A stretch of DNA of 60,788 bases from an uncultured Planctomycetales bacterium (GCA_946541595.1 CAMNJU010000001.1:1-60788), one strand, 5' to 3'; counted from the first letter of the stretch, positions 1 through 9,897 are shown. The notes: generated by a model not told the origin, from the letters alone. Program-made: numbers and translations.

Positions 1-1117
1 TAGCAGACGCAGGCGTCAATTCGTCGCCGCCACATTCCAGCAAACGGACGTTTGCATGCCATTTCGGAACGGTCGTCAGGATATTGAGCGCTTCAGGCGA
101 AAAAGAAGGAGCAATAATAGCTTCAACAAAAAGGCCCGGTTGTGCAAGGTAATTTGCCGAGGCCTCGTCAACACGCCGATTCACCCCCAAAATGGACCCA
201 AAGGCGCTCAAAGGATCGCCTTCCATTCCCTTACGGACAGCTTCGCTAATCGTCTCGGCGACTGCGGCTCCACACGGATTATTATGCTTCAAAACTGCAA
301 CAGCAGGTCGGTCGAAAGAACGCGCCATAGTCAGCGCAGCGTCGAGGTCAAGAATGTTGTTGTACGAAAGTTCCTTCCCATTGAGCTGCCGGGCGGAAAC
401 AGCGGAAGGACCGTCGTACTTCGGATCGACGTACAGCGCGGCACGTTGATGAGGATTTTCGCCATAACGCAGTTCCGACGACAATTTCAATGCGGACGAA
501 ATCGTATTCGGGAAAACGGCGGCTCCATCGTGCTCCGCGAAATAACGGGCAATCGCGGCGTCATAAGATGCGGTATGCGCGAAAGCGTCACGAGCAAGAC
601 TACGTCGCATCTGCAACGAGAGAGCGCCATTCTGCTGGATCTGCTCAAGGACCGGCGCGTATTGTCCGGCGTTTGTCACGATCCCCACAAAGCGGTGATT
701 CTTCGCGGCGGCGCGAACCATCGTCGGTCCGCCAATGTCGATATTTTCGATCGCCTCCGCGTCCGTAACGCTGGGTTTAGCTATCGTCGCTTCAAAGGGG
801 TAAAGGTTTACGACCACTAATTCAAACGGCTCGATCCCAAACTCAGAAGCGGATTTCATATCGGCTGCGTCGTCACGACGGCAGAGGATACCCCCATGAA
901 CTTTCGGATGAAGGGTCTTAAGTCTTCCGCTCATCATTTCGGGAAAACCTGTGTAGTCCGTAACGTCGGTAACAGGCACGCCGTTCGTCTCAAGATGCCG
1001 CTTCGTCCCGCCAGTACTGAAAATTTGCACGCCCGCAGCAACAAGGCCTTTCGCAAAATCGGTAAGTCCCATCTTGTCGCTAACGCTAATCAAAGCTCGC
1101 TTAACTTGCGGATCCAT
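1..1117 (-). CDS. purH: Bifunctional AICAR transformylase/IMP cyclohydrolase PurH. The N-terminal 372 codons are present and the C-terminus lies beyond the left window edge.
   Basis: Absent from the ORF track because it runs off the window edge. The reverse complement from the ATG at 1117-1115 is open to base 2. It reads MDPQVKRALISVSDKMGLTDFAKGLVAAGVQIFSTGGTKRHL...TGFPEMMSGRLKTLHPKVHGGIL...RYGENPHQ...LKHNNPCGAA, the typical PurH MGS-like plus AICARFT region. Confidence 0.9.
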   Translation of the reverse strand, partial: MDPQVKRALISVSDKMGLTDFAKGLVAAGVQIFSTGGTKRHLETNGVPVTDVTDYTGFPEMMSGRLKTLHPKVHGGILCRRDDAADMKSASEFGIEPFELVVVNLYPFEATIAKPSVTDAEAIENIDIGGPTMVRAAAKNHRFVGIVTNAGQYAPVLEQIQQNGALSLQMRRSLARDAFAHTASYDAAIARYFAEHDGAAVFPNTISSALKLSSELRYGENPHQRAALYVDPKYDGPSAVSARQLNGKELSYNNILDLDAALTMARSFDRPAVAVLKHNNPCGAAVAETISEAVRKGMEGDPLSAFGSILGVNRRVDEASANYLAQPGLFVEAIIAPSFSPEALNILTTVPKWHANVRLLECGGDELTPASA

Positions 1118-1285
1118 AAAACGCCTTTCATTAGTATGCAACTGCGCGTTGCCAAAACAATTACCTAACCTCAGCAGTCCTATCGAAGGAACGCCGACCA
1201 AGACCGAAAAAGTCTCGGACGAAAACCAGTGTTAATTGTCCATTACCAAGGCAAACGGTCAAGCCCCCCTCGGAATCCCAAAGGG

Positions 1286-1723
1286 TTATCTAGCCTGTTT
1301 GACGAACCCCCGCGAGCGAGCCACACAAATCACGCGTCCATGTTCGTCGCGAATTATCGCGTCTCCCAAGGCAGTAGTTCTAGTTCGACACGTTTCCTTC
1401 GCTTCCGCAACGATCCTCCCAGAAGTAACGGGGCGACAATAAGAGATCGAAACGTCAAGGGATAAGACCGAGTCTTCGTTATAGTTCGAGGCCGCCGCAA
1501 GGGCGTAATCAGCGAGGGAAAAGAGAACGCCGCCCTGACAGATACCAACCCCGTTCATATGTTCAGGCTTGATAACAAGCTCTGCCTTCGCATGCCCGAC
1601 GCCAACCTCGAGAAGTTTAATCCCAATCAACTGGCAAATGAACTTATCCGCCAGCATTCGCTCAATCTGCTTCCGATGCTCGGCATTCTGTAGACAAATA
1701 CCTGTATCTTTTCCTTCGGTCAT
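1286..1723 (-). CDS. PaaI/4HBT-type hotdog-fold thioesterase
   Basis: 145-aa ORF with the core ...HMNGVGICQGGVLFSLADYALAAA... typical of PaaI-family thioesterases. It sits 12 nt from the upstream gene. Confidence 0.75.
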   Translation of the reverse strand: MTEGKDTGICLQNAEHRKQIERMLADKFICQLIGIKLLEVGVGHAKAELVIKPEHMNGVGICQGGVLFSLADYALAAASNYNEDSVLSLDVSISYCRPVTSGRIVAEAKETCRTRTTALGDAIIRDEHGRVICVARSRGFVKQAR

Positions 1724-1735
1724 AGAAAACGCCTT

Positions 1736-2314
1736 CTATCGATCTAGACGGATATGATTCGTGGCGACAAACACGTTGCTATGCTGAATACGGACGGTAA
1801 ACCCTACCTGTTCGCCCATCGCTTCTAAGTCGTACTGAATATTTTGAAGATCAAGTTTAGGATCGATTTCAACTTCGCCAATCAACAGGAATTCGCCTTC
1901 TTGCGTGATATTCCCGTACAAGTCGACGATATTGATTTCTTTATCGCACAGATAGCGTGTAAATTGCGCAACAATCCCTTCGCAATCCTTACCAAAGGCC
2001 GTAATAACGTAGACGTTCGAATTAGTCCTCGCCAAGGAAGCGCACTTTTGGGCGGGAAACAGCACTGCTTGGCAACCTTCAAGGCCAGGCTCGTTGATAA
2101 TCGTTTCCCTTAACTCATTAGAGTCTTTCTGTTCAGGCATGGAAAAGGTCATAATCAACGTAAAATACCCGTCCAATACGGTTTGACTGCATGACTCAAT
2201 ATTGCCATGCAATTTTTCAATAGCGGAACTGACGCCTGCGACGATACCCGGTCTATCCACCGCCGTCACGTTAATAACGTATCCATAAGTCATTTTATTT
2301 CCTATCAATGTCAT
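1736..2314 (-). CDS. Tandem ACT-domain protein (GcvR-like)
   Basis: Two ACT-like units, YVINVTAVDRPGIVAGVSSAI... and YVITAFGKDCEGIVAQFTRYL.... The track start at 2317 is a TTG. ATG codons occur at 2314 and 2293, so the start is uncertain by up to 8 codons. Confidence 0.7.
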   Translation of the reverse strand: MTLIGNKMTYGYVINVTAVDRPGIVAGVSSAIEKLHGNIESCSQTVLDGYFTLIMTFSMPEQKDSNELRETIINEPGLEGCQAVLFPAQKCASLARTNSNVYVITAFGKDCEGIVAQFTRYLCDKEINIVDLYGNITQEGEFLLIGEVEIDPKLDLQNIQYDLEAMGEQVGFTVRIQHSNVFVATNHIRLDR

Positions 2315-2375
2315 CAAAACAATTTAAACGTCTTACCGCTGTAAGCGTGCTCAAATTCGGTTCTATGCCAGTAGG

Positions 2376-4373
2376 CTACTGTTCTCGTACGCTGAATTCA
2401 AGCTTCCACCGGCGCGATCCGCCGATCTCCTCGCACCAGATTTCAAGCGATCCTAATTCAGTAACTACAGAACGAAATCGCACAGAAACATATTCGACTC
2501 CGTCTTGTTCCGCCTCTGCCGGGTTAGCCTCAGACAAATCATTCGCGTCTGCAAGGGGATCTGTCAGCGCCGTCTCAATCGGAGTTGTCTCTTGAAGATC
2601 GGAGGTCTCATCTGATTCAAACCAGTCAAGGGTCGTCCCGGGTTTGTCTTTCGGCCTAGAGGTAGACGAAAAGAACCGGAATAGGGCCGGTTCGCCCACG
2701 ACTAACTCAAATTCGTCGGAAGGGACAACACATTCTGTTCCTTCCTCCATGCCGAACGGAGCGACACATAACGCCTTCAAGGGACGTTCTACGCCGGGAA
2801 TAGCCAGCCCCGAGGATTCAATTCCGATATAGTATGAACGGGCAGACGCTGCGCGAATACGCATTCCACCAGTCTTTTTTACAGCCGCGTAGTATGCCGC
2901 GCCATACGAAACCGCGAGATCTAGGTTGGCGTCGGGATGCATATTTCGCGGCGGAGAGTCTGGAAACCACGCGTTCATCTGTTCTTGGAAACGAAGTTCC
3001 AACGCCTTGGATTTAAAAACGCCGCCGTTCAATAAAAAGTGGGTGGGAGATACGGTTGATCCGTCGCCAATACGACCGCTTACAAACTTAGCAAGATGCC
3101 GTGTTACCGTTGAGTCAATTTCGTAGGGTAATCCTGTCTCGCGAAGTCCCAAACGGGATCTGGTTTTCGGTCTATCGTCAAGTGAACAAATCGGAAAGAA
3201 CCCATCCAAAACGATGGAAACCGCATCCTTCTTGGGAAAGTCGACAGAAACGGAATCGCCAACAAGGCGACTTGAACGCCCCAAAACCGTAATTTTGTAG
3301 GTTGAATTCTCATCGTTCCCATCGCTAAGCAATTTCTCTTTTGCAAAACGGCACTGTCGCTGCAATGCGCTCGACTGCCACGGATTCAAAGAGATTCCCT
3401 GTTCGGCAAAAAGTTCCGAAGCACGATAGGCAATTGCGAGGTCAATATTATCGCCACCCAACAGTAGGCGATTTCCGACGGCTAGACGGTCCAGAACTAA
3501 ATTTCCGTCTTCCTCTTCCACTTTGACAAGCGAGAAATCGCTCGTCCCGCCGCCCACGTCGCACACAAGAATGACGTCGCCAACCTTTAATTCGCTACGC
3601 CACCCGTCGCCTTTTTGAGCAAGCCACGCATACAGGGCCGCTTGCGGTTCCTCAAGAAAGAGCAGCGTCGCAGGATTTAAACCGGCGTCGATTGCAGCTT
3701 CGTGCGTCAATTTCCGAGCGCTCTCGTCAAAAGAAGCAGGTATGGTCAAAACGACCTGCTGATCAAAAATCGGAGAATCAGGAAAAGCGTTATTCCAAGC
3801 TGAAACCAAGTGAGCAAGATACCGTCTCGTCGCCTCAACTGGCGAAACTTTGTAACTCCCGCTTGGACTGCCATAGGGTAAAATAGGCGCGTGCCTATCG
3901 ACCTTAGAATTTGTCAACCAAGATTTAGCAGATGCGACAGTCTGTTCGGGAAAGGTTGCCGCACGCGCGCTGGCAAGCTCGCCAACCACATATAACGCGT
4001 TGGGATTGGTCATTCCGCTCGGATTATCGCCCTTCTTTCCACCTGATTTACCAAGCCCCAAAATTCGTTTAAAGAAACTCTTGCCGGCAGAAGCCTCTTT
4101 CAAGTCTGGTTTGTTATCCCCAACGCCGTCAGAAGTCCCCTCTTCCGCGTCGAAATCCAAGGAATCCCAAGGAAGTTTCCAATCAGAAAGCGAACGTTCT
4201 TCTTCCGAACCGACGTATAAAAAGGAGGGCAACGTTTGTCTGCGCTCAATAGTAGAAGGAGCGACAAACTGGGGTATTTCAAAAATCGTAGGTTTAGAAT
4301 TGACGTCGTCTAAACAACAATAGGCCAATTCAGAGTTCGTTGTTCCAAGGTCAATTCCAATAGCGTATTTCAT
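2376..4373 (-). CDS. Non-canonical Hsp70-family (actin-like ATPase) protein with an atypical C-terminal domain
   Basis: Phosphate-1 motif IGIDLGTTNS and phosphate-2 motif VCDVGGGTSDFSLV are present. The start is placed at ATG 4373 (MKYAIGIDLG), not at the longer track ORF start. The C-terminal ~200 aa does not look like a DnaK substrate-binding domain. Confidence 0.8.
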   Translation of the reverse strand: MKYAIGIDLGTTNSELAYCCLDDVNSKPTIFEIPQFVAPSTIERRQTLPSFLYVGSEEERSLSDWKLPWDSLDFDAEEGTSDGVGDNKPDLKEASAGKSFFKRILGLGKSGGKKGDNPSGMTNPNALYVVGELASARAATFPEQTVASAKSWLTNSKVDRHAPILPYGSPSGSYKVSPVEATRRYLAHLVSAWNNAFPDSPIFDQQVVLTIPASFDESARKLTHEAAIDAGLNPATLLFLEEPQAALYAWLAQKGDGWRSELKVGDVILVCDVGGGTSDFSLVKVEEEDGNLVLDRLAVGNRLLLGGDNIDLAIAYRASELFAEQGISLNPWQSSALQRQCRFAKEKLLSDGNDENSTYKITVLGRSSRLVGDSVSVDFPKKDAVSIVLDGFFPICSLDDRPKTRSRLGLRETGLPYEIDSTVTRHLAKFVSGRIGDGSTVSPTHFLLNGGVFKSKALELRFQEQMNAWFPDSPPRNMHPDANLDLAVSYGAAYYAAVKKTGGMRIRAASARSYYIGIESSGLAIPGVERPLKALCVAPFGMEEGTECVVPSDEFELVVGEPALFRFFSSTSRPKDKPGTTLDWFESDETSDLQETTPIETALTDPLADANDLSEANPAEAEQDGVEYVSVRFRSVVTELGSLEIWCEEIGGSRRWKLEFSVREQ

Positions 4374-4690
4374 CGGCAATCCCGAACAGGCATAACTTAA
4401 AAACGTCTGACACAGACGCATAGCAAATACGCGATCATTATCTTTATTCTCGTCACGCCGTATTAGGTTAAAAAAACGCAAGCGAGAATCGCGTCAAACA
4501 AACCGACGCGCATTATACCTCTTTTTATTAAAAGTATAAGTAGGTCGTCTGATTACCATATCCCACATTCCCCTCGCCACGTTATCTTGAAAGACGCCGG
4601 CAAATACGAGTATCTGGAGCGCTGAGGAAGGAAAAGGACATTGCCCGCTAAAGTAAAAATACTTTAAGCAGGCAAACGTCCGGGAAGCCG

Positions 4691-7012
4691 TCATTTCACT
4701 TCCAGCTCGCTGAATTCCTCCGGCAACCATTCCGGCAAATCCTTAATGGAGTCCCGCGCCTGTTGTGAAGTAGGAACGCCCCATTTTTCGAAGAATGGAC
4801 CAAGATTTACTCCTGCATTTCGTGAAAGCCGAACCATCCATTGATCGCGCTTCTCCTGATCGTTTCGCGGAAGTTCGTCAGGAGACGCCTTGCGATACTC
4901 TGAAATAGCGCGAATAAACGGCTCCCAGCCAAATTCATTCTTGAGTTGAACGGTCATATTCAACGCCAAAAACGGATTCTTTTTCCAATCTTCAAAGCTA
5001 GCCCCAGAAGCCAGATACTTTTTCAGCATCCTTAGCCGATTCTCTTTAGACAGCTCCCTTCTCGCTTGGTCAGGAGACAAACCGCAAAGCCTTTCCATCA
5101 CGTACAGAGTAAAGTAATTGACGGTAACTTCAACCGAACCGCCAAAAGTCCACATAGGCGACTGATGGTTATGCCCAAACTCGTGAAAGAATCCCCAATC
5201 CCCCTGCGAAGACAGACGTTCGTTATCAACCAAGGTTTTCTCAACGTCCATATGGGTCATGACAGGATAACCGCTATGCATGTACCCAGCAGATATTTCT
5301 CGGTCGCATGTAATACGCTCAGGACGTTCCCGATAATAAGGTCCGGACGCAAACTCGTCTTCAAGCCTGATAATTCTGTCCCAAGTTTCCATTAGAGCTT
5401 GCGGATTGTCCAGATTTCGAATAACGCGTGACGGTACCGTCACAATCACCTCGTCTCCCTGAAGCTCAGCCCAAGGCGCGGGGTTGTTTCTCAATTCTTT
5501 CCATTCGTCCAAACTAGTTATATCGCGAACAAAATAGGGCGCGGCGACGCCTCCAGAAATCTCAAATTCAACAAGTCCTAGACCAGCGGATCCAATCCCC
5601 CGAGGAACAACTATGTAAATAAGTCCTCCAAAAGGATTGGCAATTTTAGTTTCTGACGAGGAAATAGGTCTTTCAAGCGTAATTTCAGGATAACGCGCCC
5701 ACTCTTTCAAATTGACAAGCGAATCCGAGTGGGTTCCAATTCGTACTTTGAATTGCTTGGGAAACTTTGCAAAAAGTTTTGGATCAACTCGAACGGTAAC
5801 TATCTCGCCAGGAGCGGCGTACAACCCCGTTGAACACCAATCGGGAGTCGCCGTTTTTACTGGGACTTTTACCGATTGTAATCGAACGGCGTCTTCCGGA
5901 ACGGCTCCCGGAAAATCATTTCCCGCGGCAAAAGCCAACGTTCCTTCCGCCTCGTCTACAAACTGGGGATTATGAATGAATTCCTCCAGCTGAATTGAAA
6001 TCGCTAAGCGAGAAGATAGATCGTCGGACGAAATCGGCTTTTCAGAAGTCGGAATAATATCGCCGGCTACTTTTTGAACAAGAGAATCGTAAATCGCCCG
6101 TCGTTTTTCGGGAAGATAACGGTATATCAATACAAGGGTCGCTGTAAGCTGTCGACGCTCTGACTGTTCAAGCTCTGAAAGGGCGCTTTGAACGTCTACC
6201 TGAGAAGACTCCTCTACAAACTTCAAAGAGTTCCCCCCATCCGAATACTTTGAAACTGTATCGTATGGCTTCGTCATATATCCGGCTTGCGACGTAACGT
6301 CTAACATTCCATGAGTCCACGCTAATGGTACGTCGTATTTGGCAAAATTACGATTGCCAGGATGATCTAGCGGCAAAGATTTACCGGGATTAAGCTGACT
6401 CCATCCCCAGCCAAGACCGCAAGTAATAAAACCCGCGCCATTTTGAACTGCCTTGAAAAGCTGGTCGTACTCGTTGTCATTTAGCGCGACCGCGCCAGAA
6501 ACAAAAACGTCAAATTCTGAATTGAGCGACGATACCGACTTTGCGTCAAATCCTTGCTGTTTAAGAAATTCAGCTGTTTTTGAATCACGCCAAACCGCTA
6601 CGCGAACCGTCGAAGCCGTATTGGAGTCTTTAAGATTCTTGCCAGCAGCCCAAAAGATACAGTTATCAAAAAATTTTGTCGCTGAATCAGTAGCGCTAAT
6701 CGCGCCAACTCCGCAATAATCAGTATGTCCGAATGCAAGAACGCGTCCTTTGGAAACATAGGCAGCGGCAACGACAGGTTCGTAAATTGAATCGTCGCTC
6801 ATGGTTCCCCATATGACCGGAAACGCTCCGTCGCCCATTGTCGCAACAGGCCCCGGCGCGCCGCGCTGAGGAAGAGCGTCGACGCCTTCTGTCAGAAAAG
6901 CGACGTCATCGGAAAAAGCGGCGACATTCTCCTGAGCGTAAAGATTAGCGGCGACACAGACAGCCACCACAAAGAAAAATGCGTTCCAGTATCTCAGACA
7001 AACCCATTTCAT
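4691..7012 (-). CDS. Secreted M60-like (enhancin/TCAF-like) zinc metallopeptidase
   Basis: HEXXH motif in FFHEFGHNHQ within an M60-like region. The start at ATG 7012 gives a signal peptide MKWVCLRYWNAFFFVVAVCVAANLYAQ. There is a long N-terminal accessory region. Confidence 0.7.
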   Translation of the reverse strand: MKWVCLRYWNAFFFVVAVCVAANLYAQENVAAFSDDVAFLTEGVDALPQRGAPGPVATMGDGAFPVIWGTMSDDSIYEPVVAAAYVSKGRVLAFGHTDYCGVGAISATDSATKFFDNCIFWAAGKNLKDSNTASTVRVAVWRDSKTAEFLKQQGFDAKSVSSLNSEFDVFVSGAVALNDNEYDQLFKAVQNGAGFITCGLGWGWSQLNPGKSLPLDHPGNRNFAKYDVPLAWTHGMLDVTSQAGYMTKPYDTVSKYSDGGNSLKFVEESSQVDVQSALSELEQSERRQLTATLVLIYRYLPEKRRAIYDSLVQKVAGDIIPTSEKPISSDDLSSRLAISIQLEEFIHNPQFVDEAEGTLAFAAGNDFPGAVPEDAVRLQSVKVPVKTATPDWCSTGLYAAPGEIVTVRVDPKLFAKFPKQFKVRIGTHSDSLVNLKEWARYPEITLERPISSSETKIANPFGGLIYIVVPRGIGSAGLGLVEFEISGGVAAPYFVRDITSLDEWKELRNNPAPWAELQGDEVIVTVPSRVIRNLDNPQALMETWDRIIRLEDEFASGPYYRERPERITCDREISAGYMHSGYPVMTHMDVEKTLVDNERLSSQGDWGFFHEFGHNHQSPMWTFGGSVEVTVNYFTLYVMERLCGLSPDQARRELSKENRLRMLKKYLASGASFEDWKKNPFLALNMTVQLKNEFGWEPFIRAISEYRKASPDELPRNDQEKRDQWMVRLSRNAGVNLGPFFEKWGVPTSQQARDSIKDLPEWLPEEFSELEVK

Positions 7013-7115
7013 CTCAATTTGTCCTTTCAATCTCCGTATTAAGGAAAGAAAGTCTCTCCCTATCGCTACGAATATCAAATCAATTATCAACTTATATTAT
7101 ACCGCGTCGCAAGTT

Positions 7116-7772
7116 TCAATCCTCAGAAAAGGTTCCTACGACGTCAGAGTGAGAATCGAACCCAGTGAGATATTCGATGATTTCAGGCGCGTCGTCAGTA
7201 AACTCATAGAAATAGTGAGTGCGAATATGCTGAAGCATAAACCTTTTCTGTGCGCCGGTCAAAGCAACGGGGCCGGAAGTCTTTTCCAGAATATCAGCTT
7301 CCCCTCCGCGAACGATGGTCTGTAAAACGCCACGCCCTGCCAATTTCCTAATGCGCAATCCCATCAGGCGCCGTCCGGCGTCGGTTTGAACAACATTTCC
7401 CTCTACTAACGCAAACGTTCCAATATCGGGCAATTTGTCAGGAGCGCGTTTTACGGCTTCAAACCCGTTGCCAACGTTAACAAACCAACCTTCGGCGCCC
7501 TTCCAATAGGCAATTTCACGGTCTGTACCAAGGATAACGTAAAGATTGTTCGGACGGAGCCTCCGAATCTTCAGCGGTTCAGGCGCGGTTATATCCACTT
7601 TCGGCGAATCGGCTTCCGAAACCGCGTTAGCGGGAACGTCGGCGCCCGCTGTCGGCTCAGGCTCGATCAAAATAGGGTTATGGCATTTCGGACAGCGTCG
7701 TGTTTGACCGCGCAACTCGTCTTTGGCGTCAATCTTACTGCCGCAACTTTTGCATACGATACGTATAGACAT
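7116..7772 (-). CDS. Hypothetical protein with an N-terminal zinc ribbon
   Basis: CKSCGSKI...CPKCHNPI (CxxC-N17-CxxC) lies at the N-terminus. ATG 7772 is preceded by AAAGGAA. The remaining sequence has no motif I recognise. Confidence 0.6.
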   Translation of the reverse strand: MSIRIVCKSCGSKIDAKDELRGQTRRCPKCHNPILIEPEPTAGADVPANAVSEADSPKVDITAPEPLKIRRLRPNNLYVILGTDREIAYWKGAEGWFVNVGNGFEAVKRAPDKLPDIGTFALVEGNVVQTDAGRRLMGLRIRKLAGRGVLQTIVRGGEADILEKTSGPVALTGAQKRFMLQHIRTHYFYEFTDDAPEIIEYLTGFDSHSDVVGTFSED

Positions 7773-8012
7773 ACTCAATTCCTTTCGCGTCGAAATAAAA
7801 CAAGCGCAATACGATTATGGGCCCTCAACAGCGCAGTCAATCTGTCGGAGTAACAAACACGCTCCTCCGAGAAATCCACAGGCGCACCCCTATTCTAGCA
7901 TATTTTACGCGACGTTTCCAAACATAAGGTTATTTTCTGGCAAAAAAACATATTCAGCGGAAAAAAGACGTCGCAATACCGCTTCCGGATATCAAAATAC
8001 GCCAATTCTCTT

Positions 8013-8414
8013 TCATAGTCTTGATATCCTCTTTCGTACTTGCCATACTGAAGCAAGAAGAACGTTATGCGTCAGTCTGGATACACAAAAAAACATTACG
8101 AAACGGCGAATGAGATGATTATTCCATATTACTGTGAAGATTATCCGGAAGAAAGGCCTGAGCCTAGCGACGTCCCCAGCAAAAATGCAAAGGGGCAAGC
8201 TCGAGGCGAATGTAAAATAAACAAACTCAATGACGCTAAGTCTCAAAAGATAACGCAACAGGGAGATGGAAATAGTGTTGTAGCTAAGGAAAAAGAAAGC
8301 GACAAGGAGCAAATTCAAGGGGAGTCTACCTTTCCGGAGAAGAAAAGAAAGTCCGATTATACTGATTAGTCCCCCAAAAGGAAAAGAAAAATCCATTTCT
8401 ACCGACCATCCCAT
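8013..8414 (-). CDS. Possible small membrane protein. Coding status is doubtful.
   Basis: 133-aa ORF with an ATG start and 3-4 hydrophobic stretches, in an A-rich 765-bp gap. A 100-aa Lys/Glu-rich ORF overlaps it on the opposite strand (8067..8369). The composition could produce either ORF by chance. Confidence 0.25.
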   Translation of the reverse strand: MGWSVEMDFSFPFGGLISIIGLSFLLRKGRLPLNLLLVAFFFLSYNTISISLLRYLLRLSVIEFVYFTFASSLPLCIFAGDVARLRPFFRIIFTVIWNNHLIRRFVMFFCVSRLTHNVLLASVWQVRKRISRL

Positions 8415-8543
8415 TTTACAATCAATCGTTTTTCACTATAATTGTGGAAAGTCGAGGCGATTGTCTTTTCCACGCCTGCCGGCGTACTAAGGCGGCAATC
8501 GCTCTGCGACTCAATATTTTCGATATACGAAAGGCCTGTTATT

Positions 8544-9428
8544 ATGATGAACCGTCGTTCTTTCCTTCAGACCAGTCTTTGCGCCGCTACGGTCGCTTCG
8601 ATTAGTCCTTTCAGCGCGTCCGCTATCGCTGAGTACAAGAAATATGAAAAGCGCATCCCGATCGGGCTCGAACTTTATTCGTTACGCGACGTCCTTAATC
8701 ACGACACTTTCCCCAAGTTCATGAAACAAGTCGCAGAAATGGGATATGAATGCGTTGAGTTTGCCGGTTACCACGGATACAGCGGCAAAGAAATCAAGAA
8801 AATTCTTGACGACGTGGGGCTCAAGGCTACCAGTACACATATCGGTTTAAACCAAATCAAAGGCGACGAACTCAAGAAGAGCGCTGATTTCGCCACAGAG
8901 GCTGGCTTTAATTTCCTGATCGTCCCCGGCGGTCTTGAAGGTCGTATTCGCGAAAGCCACGAATCCAACAAGAAGTGTGCCGAAGAAATGAGCGCGTGCG
9001 CTGAAGAAGCCGGCAAGTTGGGTATGTTTGTTGGGTTCCACGGGCATACTGGCGACTATCTCAACATTAATGGCACGGAAGATTCCGCGTGGACCACTTT
9101 CTTCAACAATTGCGACAAGCGAGTTATCGCCCAAGTCGACGTAGGGTGGTGCAATAACGCCCATCGCAACGGAGCCAAGCTTACCGCCGCCGAGACTCTG
9201 TGCGCCCTTCCCGGCCGCGGACGCGTTCTGCATATCAAGTCGAACGGCGACGTTCACGGATGCGTCGTAGGCGATTCGGACGACACTGTCGATTGGGCTT
9301 CCGTCTTTGAAGCCGCGCATGAAAAGGCCGGCACGGAATACTTCATTGTCGAACAGGAGCAGTGGAAGAAGACTTCCGTGGATTCCGCCCGTGAATGCCT
9401 TGAAAACCTCAAGAAGATGGGGTGGTGA
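8544..9428 (+). CDS. Sugar phosphate isomerase/epimerase (xylose isomerase-like TIM barrel) with a Tat signal
   Basis: The start at ATG 8544 gives MMNRRSFLQTSLCAATVASISPFSASA, a twin-arginine signal. The body (IGLELYSLRD...GYECVEFAG...VGFHGH...) fits the AP-endonuclease-2/xylose-isomerase-like fold. Confidence 0.75.
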   Translation: MMNRRSFLQTSLCAATVASISPFSASAIAEYKKYEKRIPIGLELYSLRDVLNHDTFPKFMKQVAEMGYECVEFAGYHGYSGKEIKKILDDVGLKATSTHIGLNQIKGDELKKSADFATEAGFNFLIVPGGLEGRIRESHESNKKCAEEMSACAEEAGKLGMFVGFHGHTGDYLNINGTEDSAWTTFFNNCDKRVIAQVDVGWCNNAHRNGAKLTAAETLCALPGRGRVLHIKSNGDVHGCVVGDSDDTVDWASVFEAAHEKAGTEYFIVEQEQWKKTSVDSARECLENLKKMGW

Positions 9429-9487
9429 TTTTTTAGGTAAATTTGTGCGTCTTTTGAAGTTTTCTTCTGCGCACGATAAATGTTTTG

Positions 9488-9545
9488 GCGCCGTCTTTTC
9501 ATCTTCCCTATGAGGAGCTGTCTCGACGGCGCTTTCTTTTTCTAG
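9488..9545 (+). terminator. Possible rho-independent terminator
   Basis: GCGCCGTC (9488-9495) pairs with GACGGCGC (9525-9532) and is followed by TTTCTTTTTC. The 29-nt loop makes this weak. Confidence 0.4.
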
Positions 9546-9897
9546 TCACACTTCATTATTACAGCTCTTTATATCTAGTCATTGCAAAATCAAAGGGGAA
9601 TATTAAAGAGTTGGTCTTGATTATGAGTACAATGGATGGAAATCATCCGATCCTATTGTGAAAAACGCTGTATATCTCTTAGTATTTGAAAAGCTGACAG
9701 AAAAAAAGATTTCCATGTCATATTTTATCTGAATTCATCATTTGCCTAGGAAACGATTGTCTAATTCAAAAGGAACTTTTAAGACAGTTAGCCCCTCTAA
9801 GCAGAGGCGGCGTTTTGATTGTTACTTCCTCAAAATTATTGTTTGCCGTACAGTTCGTCCAATAAACTGCTTCATTTGATAGCTCGAGAGGTTTAAA

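Noticed and set aside
56-820. 254-aa plus-strand ORF (Arg-rich), with nested ORFs at 192..449 and 490..768
   Set aside because: It lies entirely antisense to a clean PurH reading frame. The Arg/Ser-rich, low-complexity translation is typical of an antisense frame in a real gene.
8847-9320. 157-aa minus-strand ORF
   Set aside because: It lies entirely inside, and antisense to, the sugar phosphate isomerase/epimerase gene, which has a Tat signal and family motifs.
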